A DNA stretch of 64,000 bases, taken from contig OZ250165.1 of assembly GCA_965238005.1 (NCBI GenBank), positions 4,512,001 to 4,576,000 on the forward strand, written 5' to 3'. The notes under the pieces were generated by a model. The model was not told the DNA's origin. It did not search any database and worked only from the letters and a program-made list of their open reading frames with translations. Of this stretch, positions 37,192-46,790 are shown piece by piece; the first letter of the stretch is position 1, and every line of letters starts with the position of its first letter. Source of the stretch: Longimicrobiales bacterium (GTDB lineage: Bacteria; Gemmatimonadota; Gemmatimonadetes; Longimicrobiales; Gaopeijiaceae). The translations under genes and the position numbers were made by a program.

Positions 37192-38790
37192 ATGGGTCCC
37201 GCCACGCTCACCGTCACCGAGGTCTCGCATGTCTCTCCAGGAGTTGAAAACCGGGAGCCCGCACAGTCCAACGCCGATGATGCAGCGGCCGACGACGAAC
37301 TGGATGCTCTCCAGGATCTCGGCGACAAGATCGCCACTCTCGCGGCGCACATCCATGCCGTCGAGTACCGCTTCCTCACACTGATCGCCGAGTTCGACCG
37401 GCGCCGAGGTTGGGAGTCGGGCGGGCACCGCACGTGCGCCCACTGGCTCGCCTTCCGCACCGGGATCGAACTGGGCGCCGCCCGCGAGAGGGTGCGAGCC
37501 GCCCGGGCGCTCACCGAGCTCCCCCAGATCAGCGCGTCCATGGAGCAGGGCGAGCCTTCCTTTGCGCAGGTGCGGGCGCTCACGCGCGTAGCCACTCCCG
37601 AGTGCGAAGGCGAGCTGCTCGAGCTCGCACACTGTAGCACGGCGGCCCAACTGGAGAGGATTGTGATGGCGTGGCGTCGGCTGAGCCGATTCGACGAAAA
37701 CGAGCTCGAGAGGATGCGGCATCGCTCGCGGTGTTTCTCTGTCTTCCCGGACGAGGACGGCATGTACGTGGTGCGCGGAAGGTTGGACGCCGAGGTGGGG
37801 GCAATGCTCATGCGGGCGATCGATGCGGCGAGCGATGCTCTGTTCCGTAAGGATACCTCGAAGGACACCTCGGAGGAAACCTCGGGGGAGATCGAGCCGA
37901 AGCAGCGGCGTGCGGACGCGGTGGGGCTCATGGCCGAGCGTGCCCTGGCGGTGGGGTTCGGCCGAACGGGCGTGGAAGCCACGCACGGAGAGGACCGTGC
38001 GGTGGGCGAGGACGGCGTGGACCGGGCCGACGACGAGGACACCGCACCCCTGAGTGGCAGCCGGGCCGAGCGCTATCAGGTGGTCCTCCACGTAGAGGCG
38101 GCCACGCTGGAGAGCGAGCGAGAGCCGGGGCGCTCGGAGCTGGAGGACGGGACACGCGTTTCCGCGGAAACGTCCCGGAGGCTCTCGTGTGATGCGAGCG
38201 TGGTCCAACTCAGCGAGGCCCCGGACGGCTCCGTGCTCGACGTGGGACGAAAGACGCGGACGATTCCGCTGGCGCTCAGGCGTGCGCTGGAGTCCCGGGA
38301 CCGGGAGTGCCGCTTCCCGGGCTGTGGGCTCCGCTTCACCGACGCCCATCACGTGAGGCACTGGGCCGACGGTGGTGAGACGAACCTGGAGAATCTGGTC
38401 CTGCTATGCCGTTTCCATCACCGATTGGTGCACGAGGAGGGGTACACGGTGCACTTCCCCCGGGGCGGATGGCCGAATTCCCCGGACCGGCGGCCGAACT
38501 TCCTAGAGGGGCAGCCGAACTTCCTAGGCCAGAAGCTCTACTTCCTCGACCCGAGGATGAGGCTGATCCCGGACGCTCCGCCTCCTTCACCGCCACTTCC
38601 GAGCGAGCCCGTCGAGGCGCTCGTAGAGCTGAACCGGCTCCGGGGTGTCGAGCCCGACTTCCTCACGAGCGCGGCCCGGTACAAGCGCGAGCACGACATT
38701 CCCTTAGCGGTCTTCGTGCGGGCGTTGGAAGCTCTGGAGAGTTCGTCCGGAGCTCCCGAACCCGACGTGAGGGGCCCGGCGACCCCCTGA
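37192..38790 (+). mobile_element. DUF222 + HNH endonuclease protein (REP13E12-like element)
   Basis: N-terminal IAEFDRRRGW...CAHWLAFRTG...ARERVRAARAL (DUF222); C-terminal RDRECRFPGC...AHHVRHWADGGETNLENLVLLCRFHHRLVH (HNH). Confidence 0.9.
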
Positions 38791-38809
38791 ACCCCAATCA
38801 GGTGCAGAA

Positions 38810-39078
38810 CCTAGGCAGACGCATATCGGGCATCGGCTGCTCATCGAAGGCCTCACCGTAGCGCCGCAATTTGTCAACTCCAAACGCTCCTCCAGATCGA
38901 GCGGTGCTTGCACTCCGCGCACGTGACGGGTCCGATCCTCGACACCGACGAGCAGGATGCCTCCCGCCGTGTTGGCAAACGCCACAAGAGTCTTGAGCAA
39001 CCCCTGTCGAGCGGAGAGGTCACGCTTGAACTTGAGCGTCTGACCCCCGTCGCGTTTTAGTAGATCGATGAGGTCGAT
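38810..39078 (-). pseudogene. Relic of an AlbA_2 (Schlafen-like) DNA-binding/ATP-binding protein
   Basis: (I)DLIDLLKRDGGQTLKFKRDLS...LKTLVAFANTAGGILLVGVED, with ATC where the start would be. A later fragment, GEAFDEQPMPD, lies in another frame. Confidence 0.75.
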
Positions 39079-39142
39079 ACTCGGAAGTCCACTCAGAAGC
39101 TACTCAGATGCGCGATTCTTCCGAGCTAGTAGCACTCATGTC

Positions 39143-39820
39143 TCAGACGCCCCTGGCGTCGGGCTCCCAGATGTGCTTGTGGAGCTGCGTCTGGAGGCGG
39201 ACGGGGAGCCGGTCCTCGAGAACCCAGCGGGCCAGATCAGCGAGGTCGAGCCCGTCCCACACGGGTGAGACCAGGAGGGCGGCCAGCCTACCATCCTCCA
39301 GTCGACGGTCGAGCTCGCGCTCGCGGATGACGTCTCTCGTCCACTCGTAGTCCGTGCGGTCGGCTACGACGAACTTCACCTCGTCGCGCACCGTCAGCTG
39401 GTCGAGATTGTCCCAGAGGTTCTTGTCGACCTCGCCGGAGCCGGGGCACTTGAGGTCCATGATCTTGTGCGCTCGCGGGTCCAGCGGGGCTACGTCGACC
39501 GAGCCCGAAGTCTCCACGAGAACCGTGAACCCGTTGTTCAGGAGCATTTCGACGAGGCGGAAGGCATTGGGATGCACCAAAGGCTCGCCTCCGGTGATCT
39601 CGACCAAGCGTGTGCCGATGGAGCGCGCCTTGGCTACGATCGCATCGAGGGCCACGCGCTCGCCTCCATGGAAGGCGTACTCCGTATCGCACCACACACA
39701 CCGCAGCGGGCACCCCGTGAGGCGCACGAAGGTGCACGGCAAGCCCGACCAGGTGGACTCACCCTGGATGGAATGGAAGATCTCCGTCACCCGGAGGAAG
39801 GGCGCACCGGCTTCGCTCAT
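39143..39820 (-). CDS. queE: 7-carboxy-7-deazaguanine synthase (radical SAM)
   Basis: Motifs EIFHSIQGES, RLTGCPLRCVWCDT, ITGGEPL and QLHK. Confidence 0.92.
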   Translation of the reverse strand: MSEAGAPFLRVTEIFHSIQGESTWSGLPCTFVRLTGCPLRCVWCDTEYAFHGGERVALDAIVAKARSIGTRLVEITGGEPLVHPNAFRLVEMLLNNGFTVLVETSGSVDVAPLDPRAHKIMDLKCPGSGEVDKNLWDNLDQLTVRDEVKFVVADRTDYEWTRDVIRERELDRRLEDGRLAALLVSPVWDGLDLADLARWVLEDRLPVRLQTQLHKHIWEPDARGV

Positions 39821-40134
39821 GCGTCGTTTCTCCTGCTCTTGTTCGGCCAGAGGAACCCCAGGGGCGACTCCCGCACCACGCTGCCTGCCATGAAGAGAAC
39901 GTTGGCCGGCCGCTCCGCCAGGCGCCGCATCAGGTAGGGGTACCAGGCCTCTCCGAAGGGGATGTAGACACGCACGTCCAGCCTTTGGACGTTCGCTTCA
40001 CGGATAGCCGAGACCAGCTCGTCCACGGTGTCCCCGGGTACGAAGCGCCGACTCTTTGCCCTGAGCGGCGTTCCTGTGACGAGCCTTTTGGCGGCCCGTG
40101 ATTCCGAGAGAAAGATCAATCCGTTACGCAGCAT
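39817..40134 (-). pseudogene. Proline dehydrogenase with a large in-frame internal deletion (105 aa)
   Basis: N-terminal RRFVPGDT...AIREAN is joined directly to C-terminal VRVYIPFGEAWYPYLMRRLAERPAN; the catalytic barrel core is absent. Confidence 0.8.
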
Positions 40135-40145
40135 CTATGCTTGGC

Positions 40146-40553
40146 TCAGTCTCGTCCGTTCTTGCGGAGAATGGCCTCGTCGAGCAGCCGCTTCACCTCT
40201 CCGAGAGGGAGCTCCTCCGCTTGGCTCCGCACCTCGTCACGCCCCTTGCCCTCCCACAACATCGGTGTCTCTACGTGTCCCACAATGCCCAGGCCGGTTT
40301 CGGCCCAGCGGGGGAACACGAGGTAGACGACGTAGGGCGCAAGAAGACTGCTCACCGATTCGACTTCTATGGATACCGTGTAGGGTTGGCCGTCCGAGCC
40401 CTCGAACGCGGGCGGCCGGTCATGCACCTTCAGGTAGCCGCCCAGAGTGGCGTCGGGGGCGTCGGTCTCAAGGCCATCGGTCTCCTCGGGGCTGGTCTCA
40501 GGGTTGGCGTCGGGGGCGTCGCCCGCCGGCGGTGGGCTCGGTGATTCCTCCAT
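40146..40553 (-). CDS. Hypothetical protein
   Basis: GGAG RBS, ATG start, natural composition (HDRPPAFEGSDGQPYTV). Confidence 0.75.
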   Translation of the reverse strand: MEESPSPPPAGDAPDANPETSPEETDGLETDAPDATLGGYLKVHDRPPAFEGSDGQPYTVSIEVESVSSLLAPYVVYLVFPRWAETGLGIVGHVETPMLWEGKGRDEVRSQAEELPLGEVKRLLDEAILRKNGRD

Positions 40554-40816
40554 GCTCCTGGCTCCTCGGGTCGTGTCGCCGTGAAAGTCCTGAAAGGTAA
40601 GAGAACGGTGTTAGACCTGCCCACTCCGTGAGCCTAGATTACCGTCATGATGACGCTACGCCCTCTCGACGCACGCCCAGGCATCTTCGCCCCTCCCGAC
40701 CTCCCGGGGGACTGAGCCTGGGAGCCTACCTCCTTCGAGGCTGGTGGGAGGTTTCGATCGGCTCCATGGGTTCTCGATCTCGTCGCGCTTCGAACCCGAT
40801 TCCCCTGGAGAGCACA

Positions 40817-42130
40817 ATGCCTGAAGTCAGAATCCCTGCGGACCAGGTATTCCCGGTCCTGGAAGAGAATATCCTCGTCGATGGCTTCCACGTCGTCATC
40901 GACCTGGTGAAGTCCCACGGTGCGGTCATCGTCGACGCCCTGGAGGGGAAGGAGTACCTGGACTGTTACGGATACTTCGCCACCCTTCCTGTGGGCCACA
41001 ACCACCCCAAGATGGAGGACGAGGGATTCCGGATATCCCTCATGACGGTGGCCCTGGCCAACCCGGCCAACAGCGACATCTACTCCCAGGAGTTTGCCGC
41101 CTTCGTGAAGACCTTCCGGGAGCTGGCCGTCCCCGAGGACTTCCGGTACCTGTTCTTCATCGCCGGGGGAGCCCTGGCTGTGGAGAACGCCATGAAGGCC
41201 GCCTTCGACTGGAAGGCCCAGAAGAACCGTGCCCGAGGCGTCGACGGAGGGGCGGACAAGATCCTCCACTTCAGGGACGCGTTCCATGGCCGAAGCGGCT
41301 ATACCCTTTCGGTCACCAACACCGATCCCACCAAGACGAGGGACTTGCCCCAGTTCGACTGGCCTCGTGTCTCCAGCCCCTACATCGACTTCCCCATGGA
41401 CGAGGAGGCGGTCGCGGCCAAGGAGGAGGAGGCGTGTGCCGAGATCGAGGCGGCCTTCGAGAGCGACCCCGACGGGATCGCCCCCATTCTCTTCGAGCCG
41501 CTCCAGGCAGAGGGTGGCGACCACCACTTCCGTCCCGAGTTTTTCCGCAAGCTCAGGGAGTACGCGGACCGATGCGAGGCGCTCCTGATCTTCGACGAGG
41601 TCCAGACGGGCTTGGGATCCACTGGCACGATGTGGGCCTACGAGCAGTGCGGGGTGACCCCCGACATCATCTGTTTCGGGAAGAAGGCGCAGGTCTGCGG
41701 GATCATGAGCACGCGGCGCATCGACGAGGTGGAGACGAACGTCTTCCATGTCTCCAGCCGCATCAACTCGACCTGGGGCGGGAACCTGGTCGACATGGTA
41801 CGCTGCGCACGGTACCTGGAGATCATCCACGAAGACGGGCTGGTGGCGAACGCCGCCCGTGTGGGTGCCCTTCTCAAGGAGGGACTCGAGGGCTTGGCGG
41901 CGGACTTCGAGATTGTCACCAACGTGCGCGGCAAGGGGCTCCTCGTGGCCATGGACTTGCCCAATGAAGACCTTCGGGGACAGCTTTGGCAGGGCTGCTG
42001 GGACCTGGGACTCGCCGTACTCTCGTGCGGTCCGCGCTCGATTCGTCTCCGGCCGTCTCTGGTCTTCTCGGAGGAGCAGTGTGGCGAGGTCCTTGGAACG
42101 CTCAGGGAGGTCCTGGAGGAGATCGGCTAG
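40817..42130 (+). CDS. lat: L-lysine 6-transaminase (class III aminotransferase)
   Basis: Motifs GALAVENAMKAAFDWK, AFHGRSGYTLS, EPLQAEGGD, FDEVQTG, FGKK and RINSTWGG; start at the ATG at 40817. Confidence 0.9.
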   Translation: MPEVRIPADQVFPVLEENILVDGFHVVIDLVKSHGAVIVDALEGKEYLDCYGYFATLPVGHNHPKMEDEGFRISLMTVALANPANSDIYSQEFAAFVKTFRELAVPEDFRYLFFIAGGALAVENAMKAAFDWKAQKNRARGVDGGADKILHFRDAFHGRSGYTLSVTNTDPTKTRDLPQFDWPRVSSPYIDFPMDEEAVAAKEEEACAEIEAAFESDPDGIAPILFEPLQAEGGDHHFRPEFFRKLREYADRCEALLIFDEVQTGLGSTGTMWAYEQCGVTPDIICFGKKAQVCGIMSTRRIDEVETNVFHVSSRINSTWGGNLVDMVRCARYLEIIHEDGLVANAARVGALLKEGLEGLAADFEIVTNVRGKGLLVAMDLPNEDLRGQLWQGCWDLGLAVLSCGPRSIRLRPSLVFSEEQCGEVLGTLREVLEEIG

Positions 42131-42231
42131 GGCATCGCCCTGCCTGTGATCCGCATGAGAGCGGCCATCCTCTCGGAGCACGGTGCACCGGAGGTGGTTC
42201 ATGTATCCGAGATCGAACTAGTCCCGATCCC

Positions 42232-42555
42232 ATGAAGGAGGCCCAGCGTCAGGTCGACGAGTGGATCTCGCAGTTCGAGGAGGGCTACTGGCCGCCCCTG
42301 GCCAACCTCGCGCGCCTCATGGAGGAGGTGGGGGAGCTGTCCCGTCTGGTGAACCACCGCTTCGGCACCAAGCTCAAGAAGCCCGAGGAGGACGATCAAG
42401 ATTTGGCTGAGGAGCTGGCCGACGTGCTTTTCGTCATTCTGTGTATGGCCAACGAGCAGGGGATCGACCTGGAGGAGGCGTTCGAGCGCGTGCAGGAGAA
42501 GTACCGCGCCAGAGACGGCTACCGTTGGGCCCGCAAGAAGGTAGAGGAGGACTGA
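42232..42555 (+). CDS. MazG-like nucleotide pyrophosphohydrolase (YpjD-like)
   Basis: Motifs GYWPPLANLARLMEEVGEL and LAEELADVLFV; start uncertain. Confidence 0.88.
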   Translation: MKEAQRQVDEWISQFEEGYWPPLANLARLMEEVGELSRLVNHRFGTKLKKPEEDDQDLAEELADVLFVILCMANEQGIDLEEAFERVQEKYRARDGYRWARKKVEED

Positions 42556-42562
42556 GGCGCTC

Positions 42563-42751
42563 CTAAGGCACCAGCGTGTAGTGACCGTGGATGCAGAGCC
42601 AGCAGCCGTCTTCTACGTATGGCGTCACGAGGGCCAGGGAGATGGCCGCCATCACTACCAGGACGTATGCGGGCAGGAAGGGCCACACGGCTTCGTCGGA
42701 GAGGCGAGGACCGGCGGCCAGAGTGGATATCAGGATGGACATGGCGGTCAC
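42563..42751 (-). CDS. Small hypothetical membrane protein
   Basis: GTG overlaps the upstream stop; one TM helix; C-terminal CWLCIHGH. Confidence 0.5.
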   Translation of the reverse strand: MTAMSILISTLAAGPRLSDEAVWPFLPAYVLVVMAAISLALVTPYVEDGCWLCIHGHYTLVP

Positions 42752-43950
42752 CTCGTGAAGTCAGTCAGGGTCTCGACGCACTGATCGATCTCGTCGATCG
42801 TGTTGTAGAAGTGGGGACTCACGCGGACGTGGCCCGGACGGTGGTCCACGATGATCCTTCTCTCTGCAAGATATTCTACGGCCCCCGGCGGATCTTCATG
42901 CTGGATCATGACGATGGCGGAGCGGTGAGCCGGATCGGGAGCGATGGTCAGCTGGAAGCCCGACTCCTGGGCTCGCTCCACAAGATGCTCGGTCAGGGCG
43001 CGGTTCTGATCCCGGATGGTTTCGATCCCCAGCTCGTCGATGATCTCCTGCCCGCCCAAGGCGGTGTGAACCGTCGGCAGTGCGGGGGTGCCGAGCTCGA
43101 AGCGGCGGGCGTCCTCGTGGGGCTCGAAGTTCTCGAGGTCGAAGTTGAACTGGTCTCTCGCCGCGAACCAGCTGGTGATGCGAGGCTGGAGCTCCCGTAC
43201 GAGCTCGTTACGGACGTAGAGGTAGGAGAGGCCGGGGCCCCCGCAGAGCCATTTGAGGGGGCCTGTCGTGTAGAAGTCGGCCTCGCCGGCACCCAGATCC
43301 ACCGGGATCTGGCCGGGGCCCTGATAGCCGTCAACGAGGAAGAACGCTCCCGCTCGGTGCGCTATGTCGGCCAGCGCATCCAGGTCCTGGATGTAGCCTG
43401 TGGTGTAGAGCACGTGGCTAGTCGCCAGGAAGGCGGTGCGATCATCGACGGCTTCGGCGAACTGCTCCGGATCGACCCGCACCCCGTCGTGGCTGGGGAG
43501 GACCACCAGTTCCACGTCGGGCTTCACGGCCCACTGGTAGGCCAGGGTGGGGAAGTCGAGCTCTGTGCAGACCACGCGGTTCCGCTGCCCGTAGTCGACG
43601 CTCTCGGCGATGACGGATAGGGCTGCGGACGTGGAGGGGAGTAGGGCGAGCTGCCCCGGCGCGGCTCCCAGGAAGCGGGCCACGTGGCTCCGCAGATCCT
43701 CGAGCTTCTCACACCAGGGGCCGTCCCAGGCCGAGGCCCCGAGCTCGTGCCACAGCTCCTGGAAGCTCTCCAGATACGCCATGGCACGGAGCGACAGAGC
43801 GCCCAAGGAGCATGAGTTGAGATAGATCTTGCGCTGGAGGATCGGGAACTCTGCTCGCACACTGGCGACGTCCATGGGCTGTCCTCGGGGTTCTGCCGCT
43901 CTTGCTATGAGACTCGGGGCACGAAAGGATAGGTCTACCACTTCCGGCAT
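42748..43950 (-). CDS. Class V aminotransferase family protein (kynureninase/cysteine-desulfurase-like)
   Basis: Motifs YLNSCSLG, LDFPT, VDGYQ, KWLCGGPG, RFELGTP and RVSPHFYN. Confidence 0.88.
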   Translation of the reverse strand: MPEVVDLSFRAPSLIARAAEPRGQPMDVASVRAEFPILQRKIYLNSCSLGALSLRAMAYLESFQELWHELGASAWDGPWCEKLEDLRSHVARFLGAAPGQLALLPSTSAALSVIAESVDYGQRNRVVCTELDFPTLAYQWAVKPDVELVVLPSHDGVRVDPEQFAEAVDDRTAFLATSHVLYTTGYIQDLDALADIAHRAGAFFLVDGYQGPGQIPVDLGAGEADFYTTGPLKWLCGGPGLSYLYVRNELVRELQPRITSWFAARDQFNFDLENFEPHEDARRFELGTPALPTVHTALGGQEIIDELGIETIRDQNRALTEHLVERAQESGFQLTIAPDPAHRSAIVMIQHEDPPGAVEYLAERRIIVDHRPGHVRVSPHFYNTIDEIDQCVETLTDFTR

Positions 43951-43965
43951 CCTGGATCAACGCCC

Positions 43966-45108
43966 GTGCCCTTCCTGTATGCTTCCGCACCCTGGATCGC
44001 CCTGATCGTATATCTGGCCATCAGGGTGCGCTTGCCACGTCCTCTTTCCGCGGCAGGCGCTGTCACGAGCGATGTTCCCGTGGTGAGCGTGGTGGTCCCG
44101 GCACGGAACGAAGAGCGCAGCCTGCGCGACTGCGTGCAGTCCATCTGCGCCTCGGACTACCCCGCCTTCGAGGTGATCGTGGTGGATGATCGGAGTGACG
44201 ATGACACCGCCGAGGTGGCGCGGAGCATCGCTCCCAACCGGGCCCGGAGGGTCTTCGTCGTCGAAGGGGCCGAGCTTCCCGACGGGTGGTTCGGAAAGCC
44301 GTGGGCGTGCGCCCAGGGCGCGGGAGAGGCCCAGGGCGATCTGCTGCTCTTCACCGACGCCGACACGGTTCACGGCCCGTCGCTGATGGCGATGGCCGTA
44401 GCGGGATTGGAAGAAGACCATGCAGATGCGCTCACGGTCATAGGACGCCAGCTCATGGAGACGCTCTGGGAGCGACTGGTGCAGCCCCAGATCATGCTGC
44501 CGATGCTCCTGCGTTTCTCGAACATGCGACTGCCCTGTGAACCCAGGCGCTGGCGGGGGGCGATCGCCAACGGCCAGTACATCCTCTTCCGCAGGCCGGT
44601 GTACGAGGAGCTGGGTGGTCACACTGCGGTGAAGAACGACGTGACTGAGGATCAACGGCTGGCGCAGCTACTGTGCCGCTCTGGCAAGAAGCTCACGGTT
44701 CGGCGGGGCTCGACCGTGTTCGCCACCCGGATGTACCGATCGCTGGGCGAGCTGATCGAAGGTTGGTCGAAGAACCTGGCCACCGGGGCGCGTCGCTCGT
44801 TGCCGCCGTTGTCGAGGACCCCGTTGATGTGGCTATCGCTGATCTCAGGTGTGATCCTGTGGATGGTGCCGCCGGTGCTGGCCGTTCTCGGTGCCGGTGG
44901 GATCGCCCCGGCCGGATGGGCCGTTTGGGCTGCCTGGGTCACGGGAGCCAGCGCGGTCTTTTGGGCTGCCGCCAAGTGGTGGCTGGGCGCCCCGCCCTGG
45001 TACGGACTCCTCTATCCGCTGGGAGCCGTCGTGGCGGCCTACATCTTCGTACGGAGCTGGACCAGAGGAAGTCGTATTGAGTGGAAGGGCCGGGAGTACG
45101 GCACGTGA
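43966..45108 (+). CDS. Family 2 glycosyltransferase (carotenoid/hopanoid glycosyltransferase-like)
   Basis: Motifs VPARNEE, VDDRSDD, GWFGKPWAC, FTDAD, ED and RMY...GWSKN; C-terminal TM helices. Confidence 0.9.
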   Translation: MPFLYASAPWIALIVYLAIRVRLPRPLSAAGAVTSDVPVVSVVVPARNEERSLRDCVQSICASDYPAFEVIVVDDRSDDDTAEVARSIAPNRARRVFVVEGAELPDGWFGKPWACAQGAGEAQGDLLLFTDADTVHGPSLMAMAVAGLEEDHADALTVIGRQLMETLWERLVQPQIMLPMLLRFSNMRLPCEPRRWRGAIANGQYILFRRPVYEELGGHTAVKNDVTEDQRLAQLLCRSGKKLTVRRGSTVFATRMYRSLGELIEGWSKNLATGARRSLPPLSRTPLMWLSLISGVILWMVPPVLAVLGAGGIAPAGWAVWAAWVTGASAVFWAAAKWWLGAPPWYGLLYPLGAVVAAYIFVRSWTRGSRIEWKGREYGT

Positions 45109-45172
45109 CGTCGGCCGGTGTGCGCGGATATGAGTACGGCGTTAGAGGTCTCGAAGCGCGGGAGCGCCGCCC

Positions 45173-46327
45173 ATGACGCTCGCCGCCGAGATCAAGGAGC
45201 GGGCCCGCGACTTGGGCTTCGACCTCGTGGGGGTCGCCTCGGTGGAGCCGAGCGTGCACATGGACCTGTACCGGGCTTGGATCGAAGACGGAGTCCACGG
45301 CGACATGGGCTACCTGTCCCGGGAGGATGCCCTAGCTCGCCGCGCCGATCTCGAGCGGACGTTGCCGTCCCTCAAGGCAGCGGTGGTGGTAGGCCACGAC
45401 TACTACCAGGAGGATCCGTCGGGTGTGCCGGACGATCCCGCCAGGGCCGTGGTGGCCCGCTACGCCCGGGGACGGGACTATCACAACGTCATCAAGAAGC
45501 GGCTGCTGAAGCTCCACCGCTGGATCGAGTCGCGGGCGGGGGGCCCGGTCGTGGGTCGCGCGTACGTGGACACGGGGCCGATCCTCGAAAGGGAGCTCGC
45601 GACGCGGGCTGGGCTAGGCTGGTTCGGGAAGAACACCATGCTCATCGATCCCAAGCGGGGATCGTATTTCTTCCTGGGAATCCTGCTCCTCGATCTGGAG
45701 CTCGAGACGGACGAGCCCTTTACGGAGGACCACTGCGGGACGTGCCGGAGCTGTCTGGACGCCTGCCCCACCGGAGCGCTCCTTGGGCGCGACGCGGACG
45801 GTGCCCCCGTCATGGACGCCCGGCGCTGCATCTCCTACCTGACCATCGAGCACCGTGGACCCATACCGATGGAGCTCCGGCCTCTCATGGGGAACCGCGT
45901 GTACGGGTGTGACATCTGCCAGGAGGTGTGCCCGTGGAACGAGAAGTTCGCGGAGGTCGGGCCGGAGCCGGCCTACCGGGCGAGGGAAGGGCTGGATGGG
46001 CCCGAGCTGGTCGAGCTGGCGGAGCGGTTGCTAGCGGTCGACGATGAGGGCTTCCGTGAGCTGTTCCGGGGATCTCCGATCAAGCGGGCGAGGCGGGCGG
46101 GTTTGCTCCGCAACGTGTGCGTGGCGTTGGGGAACTGGGGGGCGGAGGAGGCGGTGCCGGTGCTTGTTGCCGGGCTCTCGGATCCGGCACCCTTGGTTCG
46201 TGGACATGCGGCGTGGGCGTTGGGGCGTGTGGGCACTCCGGCCGCTCTCGCTGCTCTCTCATCCGCGCGTGCTGAACAATCGGATCCGGTGGTACTCGAG
46301 GAGATCGGCTTGGCTGTGGAGGACTGA
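45173..46327 (+). CDS. queG: tRNA epoxyqueuosine reductase
   Basis: Motifs YARGRDYH, VDTGPILERELA, CGTCRSCLDACPTGA, RCISYLTIE and GCDICQEVCPWN; C-terminal HEAT repeats. Confidence 0.95.
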   Translation: MTLAAEIKERARDLGFDLVGVASVEPSVHMDLYRAWIEDGVHGDMGYLSREDALARRADLERTLPSLKAAVVVGHDYYQEDPSGVPDDPARAVVARYARGRDYHNVIKKRLLKLHRWIESRAGGPVVGRAYVDTGPILERELATRAGLGWFGKNTMLIDPKRGSYFFLGILLLDLELETDEPFTEDHCGTCRSCLDACPTGALLGRDADGAPVMDARRCISYLTIEHRGPIPMELRPLMGNRVYGCDICQEVCPWNEKFAEVGPEPAYRAREGLDGPELVELAERLLAVDDEGFRELFRGSPIKRARRAGLLRNVCVALGNWGAEEAVPVLVAGLSDPAPLVRGHAAWALGRVGTPAALAALSSARAEQSDPVVLEEIGLAVED

Positions 46328-46451
46328 CCGTCCATGGGACGGGCGGACCTTCTTGCCGGTTGCACTACCCCACCACGCTGAACGGCAGTGGATTCGTGCA
46401 GTTGGGCGACGAACCGTCCCCCCCGCCTTCCGAAGTCGACTGGAGCGCCGG

Positions 46452-46700
46452 TCAGAACTCCCAGCGGAATGCGATCGTCGGAAGGATCGGGAGCAGCTCC
46501 TTGCCGTTCGACTGGATGACGGTCACCGCCCCGTCGTTCACCCGAGGGAAGAAGAAATATCCCCGAAGATTCGCCCGGTTGTACACGTTGAAGACGTCGA
46601 AGTAGGCCTGAAGCACGCCGCTCCCGACGTTGAAGTTTCTGGAGACGCGGAAGTCGAGCCGGTGGTATGTCGGAAGGCGGAGCCAGATCCCATCATACGT
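46452..46700 (-). pseudogene. C-terminal fragment of a TonB-dependent receptor
   Basis: RLPTYHRLDFRVSR...YFDVFNVYNRAN...LPILPTIAFRWEF (terminal Phe strand), with no upstream body. Confidence 0.75.
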
Positions 46701-46790
46701 ATACTCACGACACCGATATACGTATGCCTCTTCGAAGAGCAACTCTTCTGCCAGCGCTCGAGCACATCCACATACAGCGCTCCGCCCTCT

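Noticed and set aside
42563..42751. CWLCIH as a heme c attachment site
   Set aside because: The spacing is CxxCxH, not CxxCH.
39143..46327. queE and queG as a DNA 7-deazaguanine modification (dpd) island
   Set aside because: No dpdA/tgt-like or other dpd genes are present; both look like ordinary, unlinked tRNA queuosine genes.
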